A DNA stretch of 64,000 nucleotides, from positions 64,001 to 128,000 of the forward strand of contig CACPJC010000002.1 of the NCBI GenBank assembly GCA_902634185.1, given 5' to 3'. Made by a program: the position numbers and the translations under genes. The DNA is from an uncultured Candidatus Actinomarina sp. (GTDB lineage Bacteria > Actinomycetota > Acidimicrobiia > Actinomarinales > Actinomarinaceae). Below, piece by piece: positions 9,852 to 19,706 of this stretch (position 1 is its first letter; every line of letters starts with the position of its first letter). A model generated the notes under the pieces. It did no database searches. It was not told the origin of the DNA and saw nothing but the letters and a program-made list of their open reading frames with translations.

Positions 9852-10294
9852 TATTCACTGCTAAGTATCGTGAATAGCTCATCTACTGAATCTGTTCTCC
9901 ATAGTTTTTGTGCATCTTCTTCTGATTCAAGAGCATCACTTAATGATGCTAGTACATTCATATGTTCATCACTATTTGCTGCAATTGCTATGACTATGTA
10001 AACTTTTTCATCAAGCCAATCTACTCCATTAGGTATTTGTAATACACTAATACCGGTGTTTTTGATATGTTTAAACCCATCTGACATTCCATGAGGTATT
10101 GCAACTCCTGCTCCTGGAAGATAAGTTGTATATGGATGTTCTAAGACTTTTTCTTTCATTGATTCGATATATTCTTGTTCAATATACCCATTATCTAACA
10201 ACAATTTTCCAGCTATATCAATACTTTCATTTAGATCATTGAAATTTTGATCTACCAATATGGATTCTTTAATTAATACTGGTTTAGATGTCAT
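9851..10294 (-). CDS. mtlF: PTS mannitol-type EIIA
   Basis: TTYL..GVAIPHG, QIPNGVDW, IAANSDEH. Confidence 0.88.
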   Translation of the reverse strand: MTSKPVLIKESILVDQNFNDLNESIDIAGKLLLDNGYIEQEYIESMKEKVLEHPYTTYLPGAGVAIPHGMSDGFKHIKNTGISVLQIPNGVDWLDEKVYIVIAIAANSDEHMNVLASLSDALESEEDAQKLWRTDSVDELFTILSSE

Positions 10295-10611
10295 GTAGAA
10301 GTTATGGTGTTTCCTTCTGCCAAGTCTTTAATTAGTTTATTCAAAGATGGATCATTCATGAACATTATGTATTGAATTAACACTGCATTATCAGGTGCAG
10401 ACTGCTTAGCAACTCCAGCCAATCCTTGATGTGTCACAACAATATCTGTATCGCTTGGTATTTGTGTGGCTGGAGAGTGAACGATTTCAACTTCCAAACC
10501 AGCTTTCTTTGCTTTCTTAATAAGACTGTTCTTTACCATTAAACTTGATCCGGCTCCTGCTTCACAGGCTAAACATATTTTTTTTACATCCGCCGCTTCG
10601 ATTGAACTCAT
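10291..10611 (-). CDS. PTS mannitol-type EIIB (stand-alone)
   Basis: ACEAGAGSS phosphorylation loop; ATG at 10611 preceded by GAAAGGA. Confidence 0.88.
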   Translation of the reverse strand: MSSIEAADVKKICLACEAGAGSSLMVKNSLIKKAKKAGLEVEIVHSPATQIPSDTDIVVTHQGLAGVAKQSAPDNAVLIQYIMFMNDPSLNKLIKDLAEGNTITST

Positions 10612-10623
10612 TGTATTCCTTTC

Positions 10624-10661
10624 AAAAAAAATTGGCTTGGAAGTCTCCTCCCAAGCCAATT
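10624..10661 (-). terminator. Intra-operon hairpin/terminator between EIIC and EIIB
   Basis: Minus strand AATTGGCTTGGGA-GGAGAC-TTCCAAGCCAATT followed by a T-run. Confidence 0.65.
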
Positions 10662-10682
10662 ATAACTAATTTTTTTTAGTTC

Positions 10683-11750
10683 TTATACATCAACTCCTGG
10701 AATTGAAGTATCGATAGCTTCGTCGACTCCAGCGTCTGTTTCTTTAATTGGTCGAACTCTCAATAAGATCGTTCCAACTACTGCAGCTGCAACAGCTCCA
10801 ATAGCAACACCAATCAGAACATTCGCACCACCACTTCTAGGTAACATTGCTAAGTATGCAAAAATACTACCCGGTGATGGAGGTCCAATAAGACCAGCGT
10901 CTGTGGCTACCCACCATAGATCGGCAGAAATTCCACCAGCCCACATTGCAACGATCATAATTGGATGACCTAATACATATGGGAAGTAAATTTCATGAAT
11001 TCCACCGAAGAAATGAATAATTATAGAACCCGGTGCTGATTGTTTCCACATTCCAGTTCCTGCAATGTAGTATGCAATAAGCAATCCTAGACCTGGTCCA
11101 GGATTTGATTCAAGCATGTAATATATTGACTTTCCTTCTTCTGCAGCTTGTGCAGCTCCAAGAGGTGTCAACACACCGTGGTTCACAGCATTGTTTAAGA
11201 ACAACACTTTTGCAACTTCAATAGGTATGTCAGCTAAAGGAACTAGACCGGCATCAACGATACCAGCAGCAAAGTTTCCTAAGCCGTCTGCAATTGCTTG
11301 GAGAATGTTTGCAAGAAATGAATAAACAAATACTGCAAGTCCCCAACCAAGGATACCTGATGAGAAGTTGTCATATAACATCTCAAAACCTTCCGGTACA
11401 TTATCACGGAGTCTTGCATCAAGTTCTTTAAGAACTTTTGCTGCTCCAGGTCCAACTAACATAGCACCAAAGAATTGTGGACTGTCTGTTCCGACAATAG
11501 CTGCCATTGTGACAACTGCGCCGATAACTCCACCTCTGTGGCCATATATCATTTTTCCACCGGTATAACCGATTAATAATGGGAGAAGGTTCACAATCAT
11601 TGGTCCGACCATGGAGAACAAATCTCCATTTGGTACCCAGCCATTTTCATGGTACAGGGATGTAATTAATCCCCAAGCGATGAAGGCACCAATGTTAGGA
11701 ATAACCATTCCTGACGCAGCACCACCAACGCGTTGTATGAATTCTTTCAT
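10683..11750 (-). CDS. mtlA: PTS mannitol EIIC permease
   Basis: GMVIPNIGAFIAWG, KVLFLNNAVNHG, ESNPGPGLG, HFFGGIHEIYFPY. Confidence 0.93.
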   Translation of the reverse strand: MKEFIQRVGGAASGMVIPNIGAFIAWGLITSLYHENGWVPNGDLFSMVGPMIVNLLPLLIGYTGGKMIYGHRGGVIGAVVTMAAIVGTDSPQFFGAMLVGPGAAKVLKELDARLRDNVPEGFEMLYDNFSSGILGWGLAVFVYSFLANILQAIADGLGNFAAGIVDAGLVPLADIPIEVAKVLFLNNAVNHGVLTPLGAAQAAEEGKSIYYMLESNPGPGLGLLIAYYIAGTGMWKQSAPGSIIIHFFGGIHEIYFPYVLGHPIMIVAMWAGGISADLWWVATDAGLIGPPSPGSIFAYLAMLPRSGGANVLIGVAIGAVAAAVVGTILLRVRPIKETDAGVDEAIDTSIPGVDV

Positions 11751-11962
11751 ATTTTTTCAATCCCCCTTTAGATTGATCAATCTGTCACTCTTTGTAACAA
11801 ATATGTGACATTGGTAATATCACATACTCTAATTATAAAAAATAAAACTTTGCCTTTCATACGTCTTCAAAAATTTTTTATTTATAAGTTGTAACTTTGG
11901 ATTAAGTTGGCAGTCATTTAAACCTAATTTTCGCTTATAATTTAATGAAATAGGAGGTTTAA

Positions 11963-12556
11963 ATGGATGTTGAATCAACAATGTTACCGTTAGGAACGAA
12001 AATGCCAAGCTTTAATTTACTAGGCATTGACGGTGAAATGTATGCAAGTGAAATGTTTGATGGAAAAAAAGGTTCTCTTGTGATGTTTATATGCAATCAT
12101 TGTCCTTTTGTTAAGCACGTTAATGAAGAGATAGTAAATTTAAGCAATGAAATAATGGGAAACGATATCGGTGTAATAGGGATTAATTCAAATGACAGTA
12201 GTCAAGAAAAATATGCAGAAGATAGCATTGATAAAATGAGAGAGTATGCAGATAACTTAGGATACAATTTTCCATATGTTGTTGATGAAGATCAATCTGT
12301 TGCAAAAAATTTTACGGCGCAATGTACACCTGATTTTTTTCTTTTTGATAGTGATCAAAATCTTGTTTATAGAGGTCAACTTGATGGCTCTAGACCTGGC
12401 AACGATGTGCCAACAAATGGGGAAAGCCTAAGAAGCGCTATTCAGGCCTTGTTAAAAAATGAAGATCCAATCTCTGAGCAACTTCCAAGTATGGGGTGCA
12501 ACATTAAATGGAGAGTGGGCGAAGAGCCGGATTATTTTTTGAAAGTAAAAGGTTAA
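11963..12556 (+). CDS. Thioredoxin-fold AhpC/TSA family protein
   Basis: FICNHCPFV, AQCTPDFF, YRGQLD, SMGCNIKW. Confidence 0.9.
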   Translation: MDVESTMLPLGTKMPSFNLLGIDGEMYASEMFDGKKGSLVMFICNHCPFVKHVNEEIVNLSNEIMGNDIGVIGINSNDSSQEKYAEDSIDKMREYADNLGYNFPYVVDEDQSVAKNFTAQCTPDFFLFDSDQNLVYRGQLDGSRPGNDVPTNGESLRSAIQALLKNEDPISEQLPSMGCNIKWRVGEEPDYFLKVKG

Positions 12557-13077
12557 TCTAAATCTTGAATCTGAATAAAAAGTCTTCTTGGACGCGCACA
12601 ATCTAATTCAACAAAAAAGAGACGTTGCCATCTTCCTAAAATAATTTCAGAATCTACAACAGGTAAAGAAACTGAGGTTGAACCAATAATAGAACCTCTT
12701 ACGTGAGATCTCCCATTTACATTTTCATCTTCTTGCATGTTTTCTGTTCTTAAATCCCAATCATCATGCTCGTAGTATGAATCTGAAGGTATGAGTTCTT
12801 CTAATTTTCTTTTAAAGTCATTAATGTACCCTGTTTCGGATTCGTTAATAATTATTGCTGTAGTTGTATGTGGGGTTGATATTGTTACGGAACCATGTGA
12901 AACTTTTGAAGCTAAAATTAAGTTTTGAATATTTTCAGTAAAATCACAGAACTGATTTGTTTCCTGTGTATCAAAATGTAAAGCGTAAGTTGCAGATTTG
13001 TTTGATGTTGATTTGTTAAGTTCTACCAAATCAGATTTAACAACATCTGCACCAATTCTTTGATTAGGTTTTTTCAT
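12553..13077 (-). CDS. YjbQ/UPF0047 family protein
   Basis: PHTTTAIIINE, YEHD, NGRSH, LGRWQ..FFVELD. Confidence 0.88.
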   Translation of the reverse strand: MKKPNQRIGADVVKSDLVELNKSTSNKSATYALHFDTQETNQFCDFTENIQNLILASKVSHGSVTISTPHTTTAIIINESETGYINDFKRKLEELIPSDSYYEHDDWDLRTENMQEDENVNGRSHVRGSIIGSTSVSLPVVDSEIILGRWQRLFFVELDCARPRRLFIQIQDLD

Positions 13078-13127
13078 AGTAAACTCAAATTTTATAATAA
13101 CAATTTGATAATTTATTCAGTATTTAT

Positions 13128-14336
13128 TCAACTATTTTGTGATAACCAATACTTATAAAGCTGATTGTCGGTTATATCGATATTCTCAATCTCAATTGGT
13201 TCACCTTTTTTAACTTCAGAGTTCACGATATTGTTCTCGGCTATACCTAATGGAGCAAGATTTTTTGAATTTTCTACTCTCATGGCCTTTCCATATATAT
13301 TTTCTCCGCCGATTGAACCAAGATTTGTTCCAGCTTTTAGATCTTTTTTTGAATGCGCAACCACTTCAACGTTCCATTTTTTTGCACTTAGTTGTGTTTC
13401 TTTCTCAACCATTAACTTCATGATTGTTCTTGGAATCTCTAAGCTTGTTAAGTGATAAGGTCTATATAAAGTCCAGTATGGACCTTTTCCCATTTTTAAA
13501 TACTCCATTTCATAATTTACATAATCATCTTCTGAATAAACTATTGCAAAAACACCTGGTGCTACCCCAAACGCAAAATCAACAACATTTGTATTTTCTA
13601 GTATCCCTCCAGATGTTTTAGGAATAAAAATAGAATTTAGTTCATCATAAGTAGAGTTAGGTCCGTGCATTCCATCAATATCAATATCAAAATCAAGATA
13701 ATTTGCTAACGCTGCCATCTCAATCATTGTTTTACTGCCATCAACAAAGCTTGTTAGCATATAGGGGTTCATTTTCTTTTCTTTGGCTTCTTTTTCAAGA
13801 TCCATTGGAGTTTTAAAGACATCAAAAGGATTATTCTTACCTTTACCAATTGCAACTACATCGAGGGAAATTTCTCTTGCAAAATTAAATAACTCAACTG
13901 CTGCAACTGGTTCATCTCCATCTCCAACAGTCACGATGGTGTTGTTTTTCTCTGCCTCTCTATTTAAAGCTAAACCTATCGTTGCTTCTGTCTCGACATT
14001 TAATAAAATCAAATTAATGTTTCTATTTAAAACCTTAAATGCAACTTCAGCTCCTGAGGAAGGTGTTCCTGTTGCTTCTATGACTATATCTAAATCCTGA
14101 TCATCGAGTGAATCAAGATTAGTTGAAATTGTAATATTATTTTTCTGGTTGTATTTGCTTCGAGCCATATCTAATTTGTTTTCGTTTTTGTCAACAATTA
14201 GAACAAGATCTGTATCTGGCATTTTGTTGATTTGAGTGACAATACCCTGACCCATTTGTCCAGCACCAACTAAGGCAACTTTTGTTTTTTTACCTCTTTC
14301 TTGAACAAAATCTGAATATCTATCTAATAAACTCAT
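13128..14336 (-). CDS. NAD(P)-dependent oxidoreductase with C-terminal SAF domain (homoserine dehydrogenase-like, COG4091 type)
   Basis: GAGQMG, IEATG, NVETE, GDEP, GKGKNN, SFVDGSKT, YRPYHL. Confidence 0.85.
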   Translation of the reverse strand: MSLLDRYSDFVQERGKKTKVALVGAGQMGQGIVTQINKMPDTDLVLIVDKNENKLDMARSKYNQKNNITISTNLDSLDDQDLDIVIEATGTPSSGAEVAFKVLNRNINLILLNVETEATIGLALNREAEKNNTIVTVGDGDEPVAAVELFNFAREISLDVVAIGKGKNNPFDVFKTPMDLEKEAKEKKMNPYMLTSFVDGSKTMIEMAALANYLDFDIDIDGMHGPNSTYDELNSIFIPKTSGGILENTNVVDFAFGVAPGVFAIVYSEDDYVNYEMEYLKMGKGPYWTLYRPYHLTSLEIPRTIMKLMVEKETQLSAKKWNVEVVAHSKKDLKAGTNLGSIGGENIYGKAMRVENSKNLAPLGIAENNIVNSEVKKGEPIEIENIDITDNQLYKYWLSQNS

Positions 14337-15013
14337 TTATTTCCATACTCTTCTAGTTTTAATTTAATAGTTTCTAGATCTTCTTTATATGTTATTTTCA
14401 GATTGAGGTCAGAGCCTAAAATAACTTTTGATTCAATATTCAAATTTTTTGAAACTTGTTGAGTTGTATCGTGTGAAATCATTTCATCTTCAACATTAAT
14501 AAGGTAGGCCTTTTCTAAAATTTCATATTCAAATATTTGGGGAGTTTGAATTTCAACAAGATTATCTTTTAAAAGCTTTTGCGATGTTTTACTGTATAGG
14601 CTGGTCTCTATGTAAGGAGAGCAAGATCCATGTGTTTTTGCTTCTGTAATTAGTTCCTTCAATAAGTCTTCTGGTAGAAAAGATCTTGCACAATCATGAA
14701 TTGCAACTAAATCATTATTATCTACGTCCATTAATTTTAAAGTATTTAGAGCAAAAATCTCGCTTTCTTGTCTTGTCTTGCCTCCTAGAATTAATTCAAA
14801 TTTCTTATCAATTACATATGAATTTAGAATTTCTTTTGTTTTTTCTATATTGGTTTCATTACAAACAATAACTATTGAGTCGATATCGTCACAGTTTAAA
14901 AAAGTTTCGATTGGATATCTAATAAGCTCTTTATCTTTGTATAAAGCAAATAGTTTATCTGACTCAAATCTTTCACTTAAGCCAGCTGCAAGCAGTATTC
15001 CAAAAACTTTCAA
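14333..15013 (-). CDS. IspD/TarI-family cytidylyltransferase
   Basis: LLAAG..ERF, GGKTRQES, IHDCAR, QTPQ, NLKITY.EDL. Confidence 0.82.
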   Translation of the reverse strand: MKVFGILLAAGLSERFESDKLFALYKDKELIRYPIETFLNCDDIDSIVIVCNETNIEKTKEILNSYVIDKKFELILGGKTRQESEIFALNTLKLMDVDNNDLVAIHDCARSFLPEDLLKELITEAKTHGSCSPYIETSLYSKTSQKLLKDNLVEIQTPQIFEYEILEKAYLINVEDEMISHDTTQQVSKNLNIESKVILGSDLNLKITYKEDLETIKLKLEEYGNK

Positions 15014-15020
15014 TATATTT

Positions 15021-16634
15021 TTATGATATGAGTTTTCTTAAACTTTGAGAATCTGTTGAAGAAAGAATTTCCTCTTTTTTTATATGGGATAAATTTTCTT
15101 TTGCATGAATAAGTGAATTGATTATCTTTGGTCCTTGAGATGGAGCAATACTAAATACTCTAAGTCCAAGTAGGTATAAGATAATTGATGAGTCTTTATC
15201 CGAAGCCATATCTCCACATACAGAGACTTCGATATCATTCTTAAGTCCATTATCGATTACATTACTAATTAGTCTAAGTACAGACACATCAAGAGGGTCT
15301 TGATATTTGTTTAGTGTGGAAAGACCCCGATCAGCTGCATATGTGTATTGAATTAAGTCATTAGTTCCTATTGAAAAGAAATCAACATGTTGAATGTATT
15401 GATCAGTATTTAATGCAACAGAGGGTGTTTCAACCATTATCCCTAAAGGAGGTGGGTTAACATTTAATTTTTTAGATTCATCTGTGACTATTTTTTTAGC
15501 ATCCAGAAAATCATCAAGAATAGAAACCATTGGAAACATTATTTTTACTTTTTCTATCAGATCTGAACTAAGAATTGAAATTATTTGTTCTCTAAAAAGA
15601 TCTTTTTCATCTAAAGAATATCTTATTCCTCTTACCCCAAGAAATGGGTTTTCTTCTTTAGGTAAATTTAAATATGGAACTTGTTTGTCGCCACCTATGT
15701 CTAAAGTTCTAAAAACAATAGTGTTAGAAAATTTTGTATTTAATTCATTATTAATTTCTATTTGTTCTTTTAATGTAGGTTTTGAGGATCTATCAATATA
15801 CACAAATTCAGATCTAAATAGGCCAACTGATTTTATATGGTCATCATTAAAAGCATTTATCTCTTCACTGCTACCTATATTTGCTCTAAGTTCAATACCT
15901 AAGTCTTTGATTGAATCTTGATTATATGACTCTCTTAATTTGTTTATTTTATTCAAACCTTCTTCAACTTTTTTGAGAACATCCGATGTTGGATCTAAGA
16001 AAATTTCTCCTGTATCTCCATCTAATACAACACTTTTATTAAAATCTGTATCGATTTTTGTAATATCAAAATTTATCACACAGGGTATTCCTAAATTTTT
16101 AGCAACAATTACAGCATGAGATGTAGGTCCTGCATTGGATACAACGAAACCCTTTACTTTTGTGAGGTCTATAGATGAAGTATCATTTGGTGTTAAATCA
16201 TCAGCGAAAATAATTACATCCTCATTTAAATTTTTATCTATAACAATATCCTGCATTGTAAAAATGATTTCTTTACCTAAAGAAATTATGTCTTCGGCTC
16301 TTTGTTTAAAATACTCATCTTCAAAACTAAGCATTTGATCTGATATGTCTTTAAAAACTTGAAAAACCTCTAAAAGATTTTGGTCTTCATCGACCATTTC
16401 AACTATCTCAGGGTCATTTATTAGCAGACGATATGCATCTAAAACTTTTGATTCATCTTCTCTGTTTTCTTTTTCTAGTTCACTAATAAGCTGTTCATAT
16501 CGCATATCTAATTTGCTTTGACTTTCTTTAAAACTCAGCTTCTTAGGAATTGAAAAATCTATTTCATTATTAATAACGTAAAATTTACCAAGACCAATAC
16601 CGGGAGAAACTCCTGATCCTTTGTAAGTGTCCAT
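15021..16634 (-). CDS. ptsI: PTS enzyme I
   Basis: GPTSHAVIVAK (His-P site), GLFRSEF, FRTLDIGGDK, ENPFLGVRG, SIGTNDL. Confidence 0.95.
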   Translation of the reverse strand: MDTYKGSGVSPGIGLGKFYVINNEIDFSIPKKLSFKESQSKLDMRYEQLISELEKENREDESKVLDAYRLLINDPEIVEMVDEDQNLLEVFQVFKDISDQMLSFEDEYFKQRAEDIISLGKEIIFTMQDIVIDKNLNEDVIIFADDLTPNDTSSIDLTKVKGFVVSNAGPTSHAVIVAKNLGIPCVINFDITKIDTDFNKSVVLDGDTGEIFLDPTSDVLKKVEEGLNKINKLRESYNQDSIKDLGIELRANIGSSEEINAFNDDHIKSVGLFRSEFVYIDRSSKPTLKEQIEINNELNTKFSNTIVFRTLDIGGDKQVPYLNLPKEENPFLGVRGIRYSLDEKDLFREQIISILSSDLIEKVKIMFPMVSILDDFLDAKKIVTDESKKLNVNPPPLGIMVETPSVALNTDQYIQHVDFFSIGTNDLIQYTYAADRGLSTLNKYQDPLDVSVLRLISNVIDNGLKNDIEVSVCGDMASDKDSSIILYLLGLRVFSIAPSQGPKIINSLIHAKENLSHIKKEEILSSTDSQSLRKLIS

Positions 16635-16704
16635 AGAGTAAAGTTAGTGAAATATTTTTATATTGCAATACTTCTTAGTTGTTAAAGATTGTATCTTTGT
16701 ATTA

Positions 16705-17070
16705 ATGGAAATATTAGAAATTATTATTGATAAAAAATTGTTATCTTCTAAAGATATTGAGGAGCTTGGAATAGTTGAAAATCAATGCTTAAAGCTTGTT
16801 AACTTTAAAAACAGTAGTGATTTAACAGTTGATGATGAAGTTCTTGAAAATTTTGATTGTGTCGTAACTGCAAATGAATTAGGCAGTGCAATCAAAAAAA
16901 TTTCAGATGGAAAAATTGTTGAACATCTGAATAGAGAAAACTATAAAAAACTTACTTATCCATTGTTTCTAAAAAGTGAAACTTTTTTAAAGTTCTTGAA
17001 GGAAAATAATTCAGAATGGAATATGATTAAATTCTTAGAAAATCATACTTTTTCGATTAATCAGATTTAA
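16705..17070 (+). CDS. Hypothetical protein resembling the C-terminal half of IspD
   Basis: SAIKKISDGKIVEHLNRENYKKLTYP resembles the IspD DTIK..dG.V..TldR...QTP segment. Confidence 0.5.
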   Translation: MEILEIIIDKKLLSSKDIEELGIVENQCLKLVNFKNSSDLTVDDEVLENFDCVVTANELGSAIKKISDGKIVEHLNRENYKKLTYPLFLKSETFLKFLKENNSEWNMIKFLENHTFSINQI

Positions 17071-17899
17071 TCCTTGAATCATAAATCACTTGGGATATTC
17101 CGACAAAAATAATAAGAACAAAACCTATTAACTGGCTTAGAGATATTACTTCATCTAATAAAATAATCCCTAAAATAACTCCAGAAGTTGGCTCTAAATA
17201 GGTAATGGTGCTTACGGATAAAGGTTTAATAATTTTTACTACATACCAATATGTTGTAAGGCCTATGGCTGTTAAAAAAATTCCAAGAAAAAGACTTATG
17301 CCTATATTCTCTATCATCCATCCAAAGCCTTGAGTTGTAAAATAAAGCATCACGAATCCTGCAGAAATCAATTGTGCAAATGCAATATTTAAACCGCCAA
17401 ATACAGATGTATAATATTCGCCAATTGTTATCAAAAAAGATAAACTTATTGCACTTAAAATCCCAAAAATTAATCCACTTATCGAATTGATAGATCTAAC
17501 CTCTAGCAAAATTATCAAGCCACTAAATCCAATTAAAATAATTAAAATTTGAATTATTGTTAATTTCTTTCCACGAATTCTTTCAATAATTAGAACAAAA
17601 ATAGGATAAGAAAAAACTAAACCTATTCCAACGGCTACGCTATTTCTATCTATAGATTCAAACATTGTTGCCCAGTGGATCGCTAACAAAGGTCCTAAAA
17701 TTAATCCTGGCTTAATTAAAGCTTTAAAATTTACTTTTTTGTTGATAAAGAATAATGAAAGAAAAATAGAGCCGATAAATGTTCTTATTCCCACGAGACT
17801 TAATGGGCTTATATCAGTGGTTTTGATAATTATGGGTATGGTTCCCCATGAAATAGCTAAAACTGTTATTGCAGCGTAAGCTCCAAAAGTTTTATTCAC
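17057..17899 (-). CDS. DMT/EamA transporter
   Basis: About 10 TM helices, SWG, YLEP motifs. Confidence 0.88.
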   Translation of the reverse strand: MNKTFGAYAAITVLAISWGTIPIIIKTTDISPLSLVGIRTFIGSIFLSLFFINKKVNFKALIKPGLILGPLLAIHWATMFESIDRNSVAVGIGLVFSYPIFVLIIERIRGKKLTIIQILIILIGFSGLIILLEVRSINSISGLIFGILSAISLSFLITIGEYYTSVFGGLNIAFAQLISAGFVMLYFTTQGFGWMIENIGISLFLGIFLTAIGLTTYWYVVKIIKPLSVSTITYLEPTSGVILGIILLDEVISLSQLIGFVLIIFVGISQVIYDSRIKSD

Positions 17900-19257
17900 T
17901 AATCTTGTTGTCTTGAATAATTAGAAAACTGTGTATATTCCTTACTAAAGTAAAGATCTACTTTTCCTGTTGATCCAGATCTATGCTTTACAATATTAAC
18001 TTCGGCAACACCTGGGGTTTCTGTAGCTGGATTGTAATAATCATCTCTATAAAGCATCATCACAATATCAGCATCTTGTTCAATAGCTCCTGATTCTCGA
18101 AGATCACCTAATCGTGGTCTTTTATCTTCTCTTGCTTCCGCTGCACGATTTAACTGTGATAGAGCAATGATTGGAACTTTTAACTCACGGGCTAGATTCT
18201 TTAAGTTTCTACTTATTTCCGCGATTTCTTGCTGTCTATTGTCTCCAGACATACCCTGCATTAATTGAAGATAGTCTACAACAATAAGATCAAGACCTTT
18301 TGAGGATTTAAGCCTTCTAGATTTTGCTCTAATGTCTGTCACTGTGATTACAGAAGCATCATCAAAATATAGAGGCATATTGTTTACTTTTGAAGCTGCT
18401 TCAACAACACGGGACCACTTTTCAGGACCAAGTTGACCTTTTCTTGCATCTCCTGAGGTAACCTTTGCTTCAGAAAATAATACTCTTTGAACTAATTCTT
18501 CTTTTGTCATTTCAAGTGAGAAGAAAGCTGTGACTTTGTCTTCTTTTGAAACATTTGTCGCAATGTTTAATGCAAGCGATGATTTACCCATACTTGGTCT
18601 TGCAGCGATTACAACAAGGTTTCCTTCTTGAAGCCCAGCAAGTACTGAGTCAAGATCTGCAAAATTTGTTGCTAAACCTGAAAGACCAGTACCCCTATTT
18701 TCAATTTCTTCAATTCTCTCAATTGCATCATTTAATACATCTGAGACCCCAATAAGTCCATCTCCAATAGCATCATCTGAGGCGGTAAATATTGACTGCT
18801 CAGCCTCATCCATAACATTTGATATATCCTTATCAAGGGCATAAGCTAAAAGCTCTATCCTTCCACTAGCTTTGAGTAGTTTTCTTCTGTTTGAATGTTC
18901 GAGAACAATTTCAATATATCTCTCAAAGTTTGCTGAACTAGGTACATTTTCTATCAATCTTGCAATAGATGAAGTTTTTAAACTTGTAGTATTTTTATTA
19001 TCTTTAAAAACAGTCTCTGAAACAGTAACGCTATCAATTGGTTTTCCTGAATCAAACAAGTCTTTCATTGCCTCAAAAATTGTTTGATTTGTAGGACTAT
19101 AAAAATCTGATGATTTAACTGATTCCATTAATCTATTTGCAGCATCTCGAGATAAAAGTGCACTTCCCAGTAGTGCCTCTTCAGCCTCAATACTATTTGG
19201 AGGTGCTTTTTGAAGGCCGTCTAAATCTCTATTTGATACTGCTTCCGGTCCAGCCAT
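17899..19257 (-). CDS. dnaB: Replicative DNA helicase
   Basis: PPNSIEAE, AARPSMGKS, VDYLQLM, LSQLNR, LRESGAIEQDAD; no intein. Confidence 0.97.
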   Translation of the reverse strand: MAGPEAVSNRDLDGLQKAPPNSIEAEEALLGSALLSRDAANRLMESVKSSDFYSPTNQTIFEAMKDLFDSGKPIDSVTVSETVFKDNKNTTSLKTSSIARLIENVPSSANFERYIEIVLEHSNRRKLLKASGRIELLAYALDKDISNVMDEAEQSIFTASDDAIGDGLIGVSDVLNDAIERIEEIENRGTGLSGLATNFADLDSVLAGLQEGNLVVIAARPSMGKSSLALNIATNVSKEDKVTAFFSLEMTKEELVQRVLFSEAKVTSGDARKGQLGPEKWSRVVEAASKVNNMPLYFDDASVITVTDIRAKSRRLKSSKGLDLIVVDYLQLMQGMSGDNRQQEIAEISRNLKNLARELKVPIIALSQLNRAAEAREDKRPRLGDLRESGAIEQDADIVMMLYRDDYYNPATETPGVAEVNIVKHRSGSTGKVDLYFSKEYTQFSNYSRQQD

Positions 19258-19259
19258 AT

Positions 19260-19706
19260 TTATGTCTCCGGAACAATTTCTAGAGTTACTTCAAATGAAA
19301 CATCCCCACTTAGATTGATAGCAATGTTGTGTAAACCTATTTCTTTAATTGAGTTTTCAGCTATTTGATCTTCTTCAATTTTATACCCCGAAAATTTTTC
19401 GATTGCTTCGATTATTGAATCATTTGAAATTGCAGCATAAAGTGTGCCTTCGTCTGTTGAATTTGCAGCAATTACAATTTTTGCATCGGCAAGGCCTTCC
19501 TTGATAGAATTTGCTAACTCAATATTTTCTTCAATAGAGGCTTGTCTCTTTTCTTGCATTTTTTCTGCAAGCAAAATATTTTTTGGAGTAGCTTTTATAC
19601 CTAAGTTCTTAGGAAGTAGATAATTTCTTGCATAACCTTTAGCAACCTCGACAACGTCTCCTTTTTTACCAAGTTTCTTGATATCTTGATTTAAAATTAC
19701 TTTCAT
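19260..19706 (-). CDS. rplI: 50S ribosomal protein L9
   Basis: MKVIL...LGKKGDVVEVAKGYARNYLLP. Confidence 0.97.
   Translation of the reverse strand: MKVILNQDIKKLGKKGDVVEVAKGYARNYLLPKNLGIKATPKNILLAEKMQEKRQASIEENIELANSIKEGLADAKIVIAANSTDEGTLYAAISNDSIIEAIEKFSGYKIEEDQIAENSIKEIGLHNIAINLSGDVSFEVTLEIVPET

Noticed and set aside
15484-15921. Long antisense ORFs (also 44953-45402, 48434-48838, 13783-14100)
   Set aside because: Lie opposite well-supported genes and have no recognisable motifs
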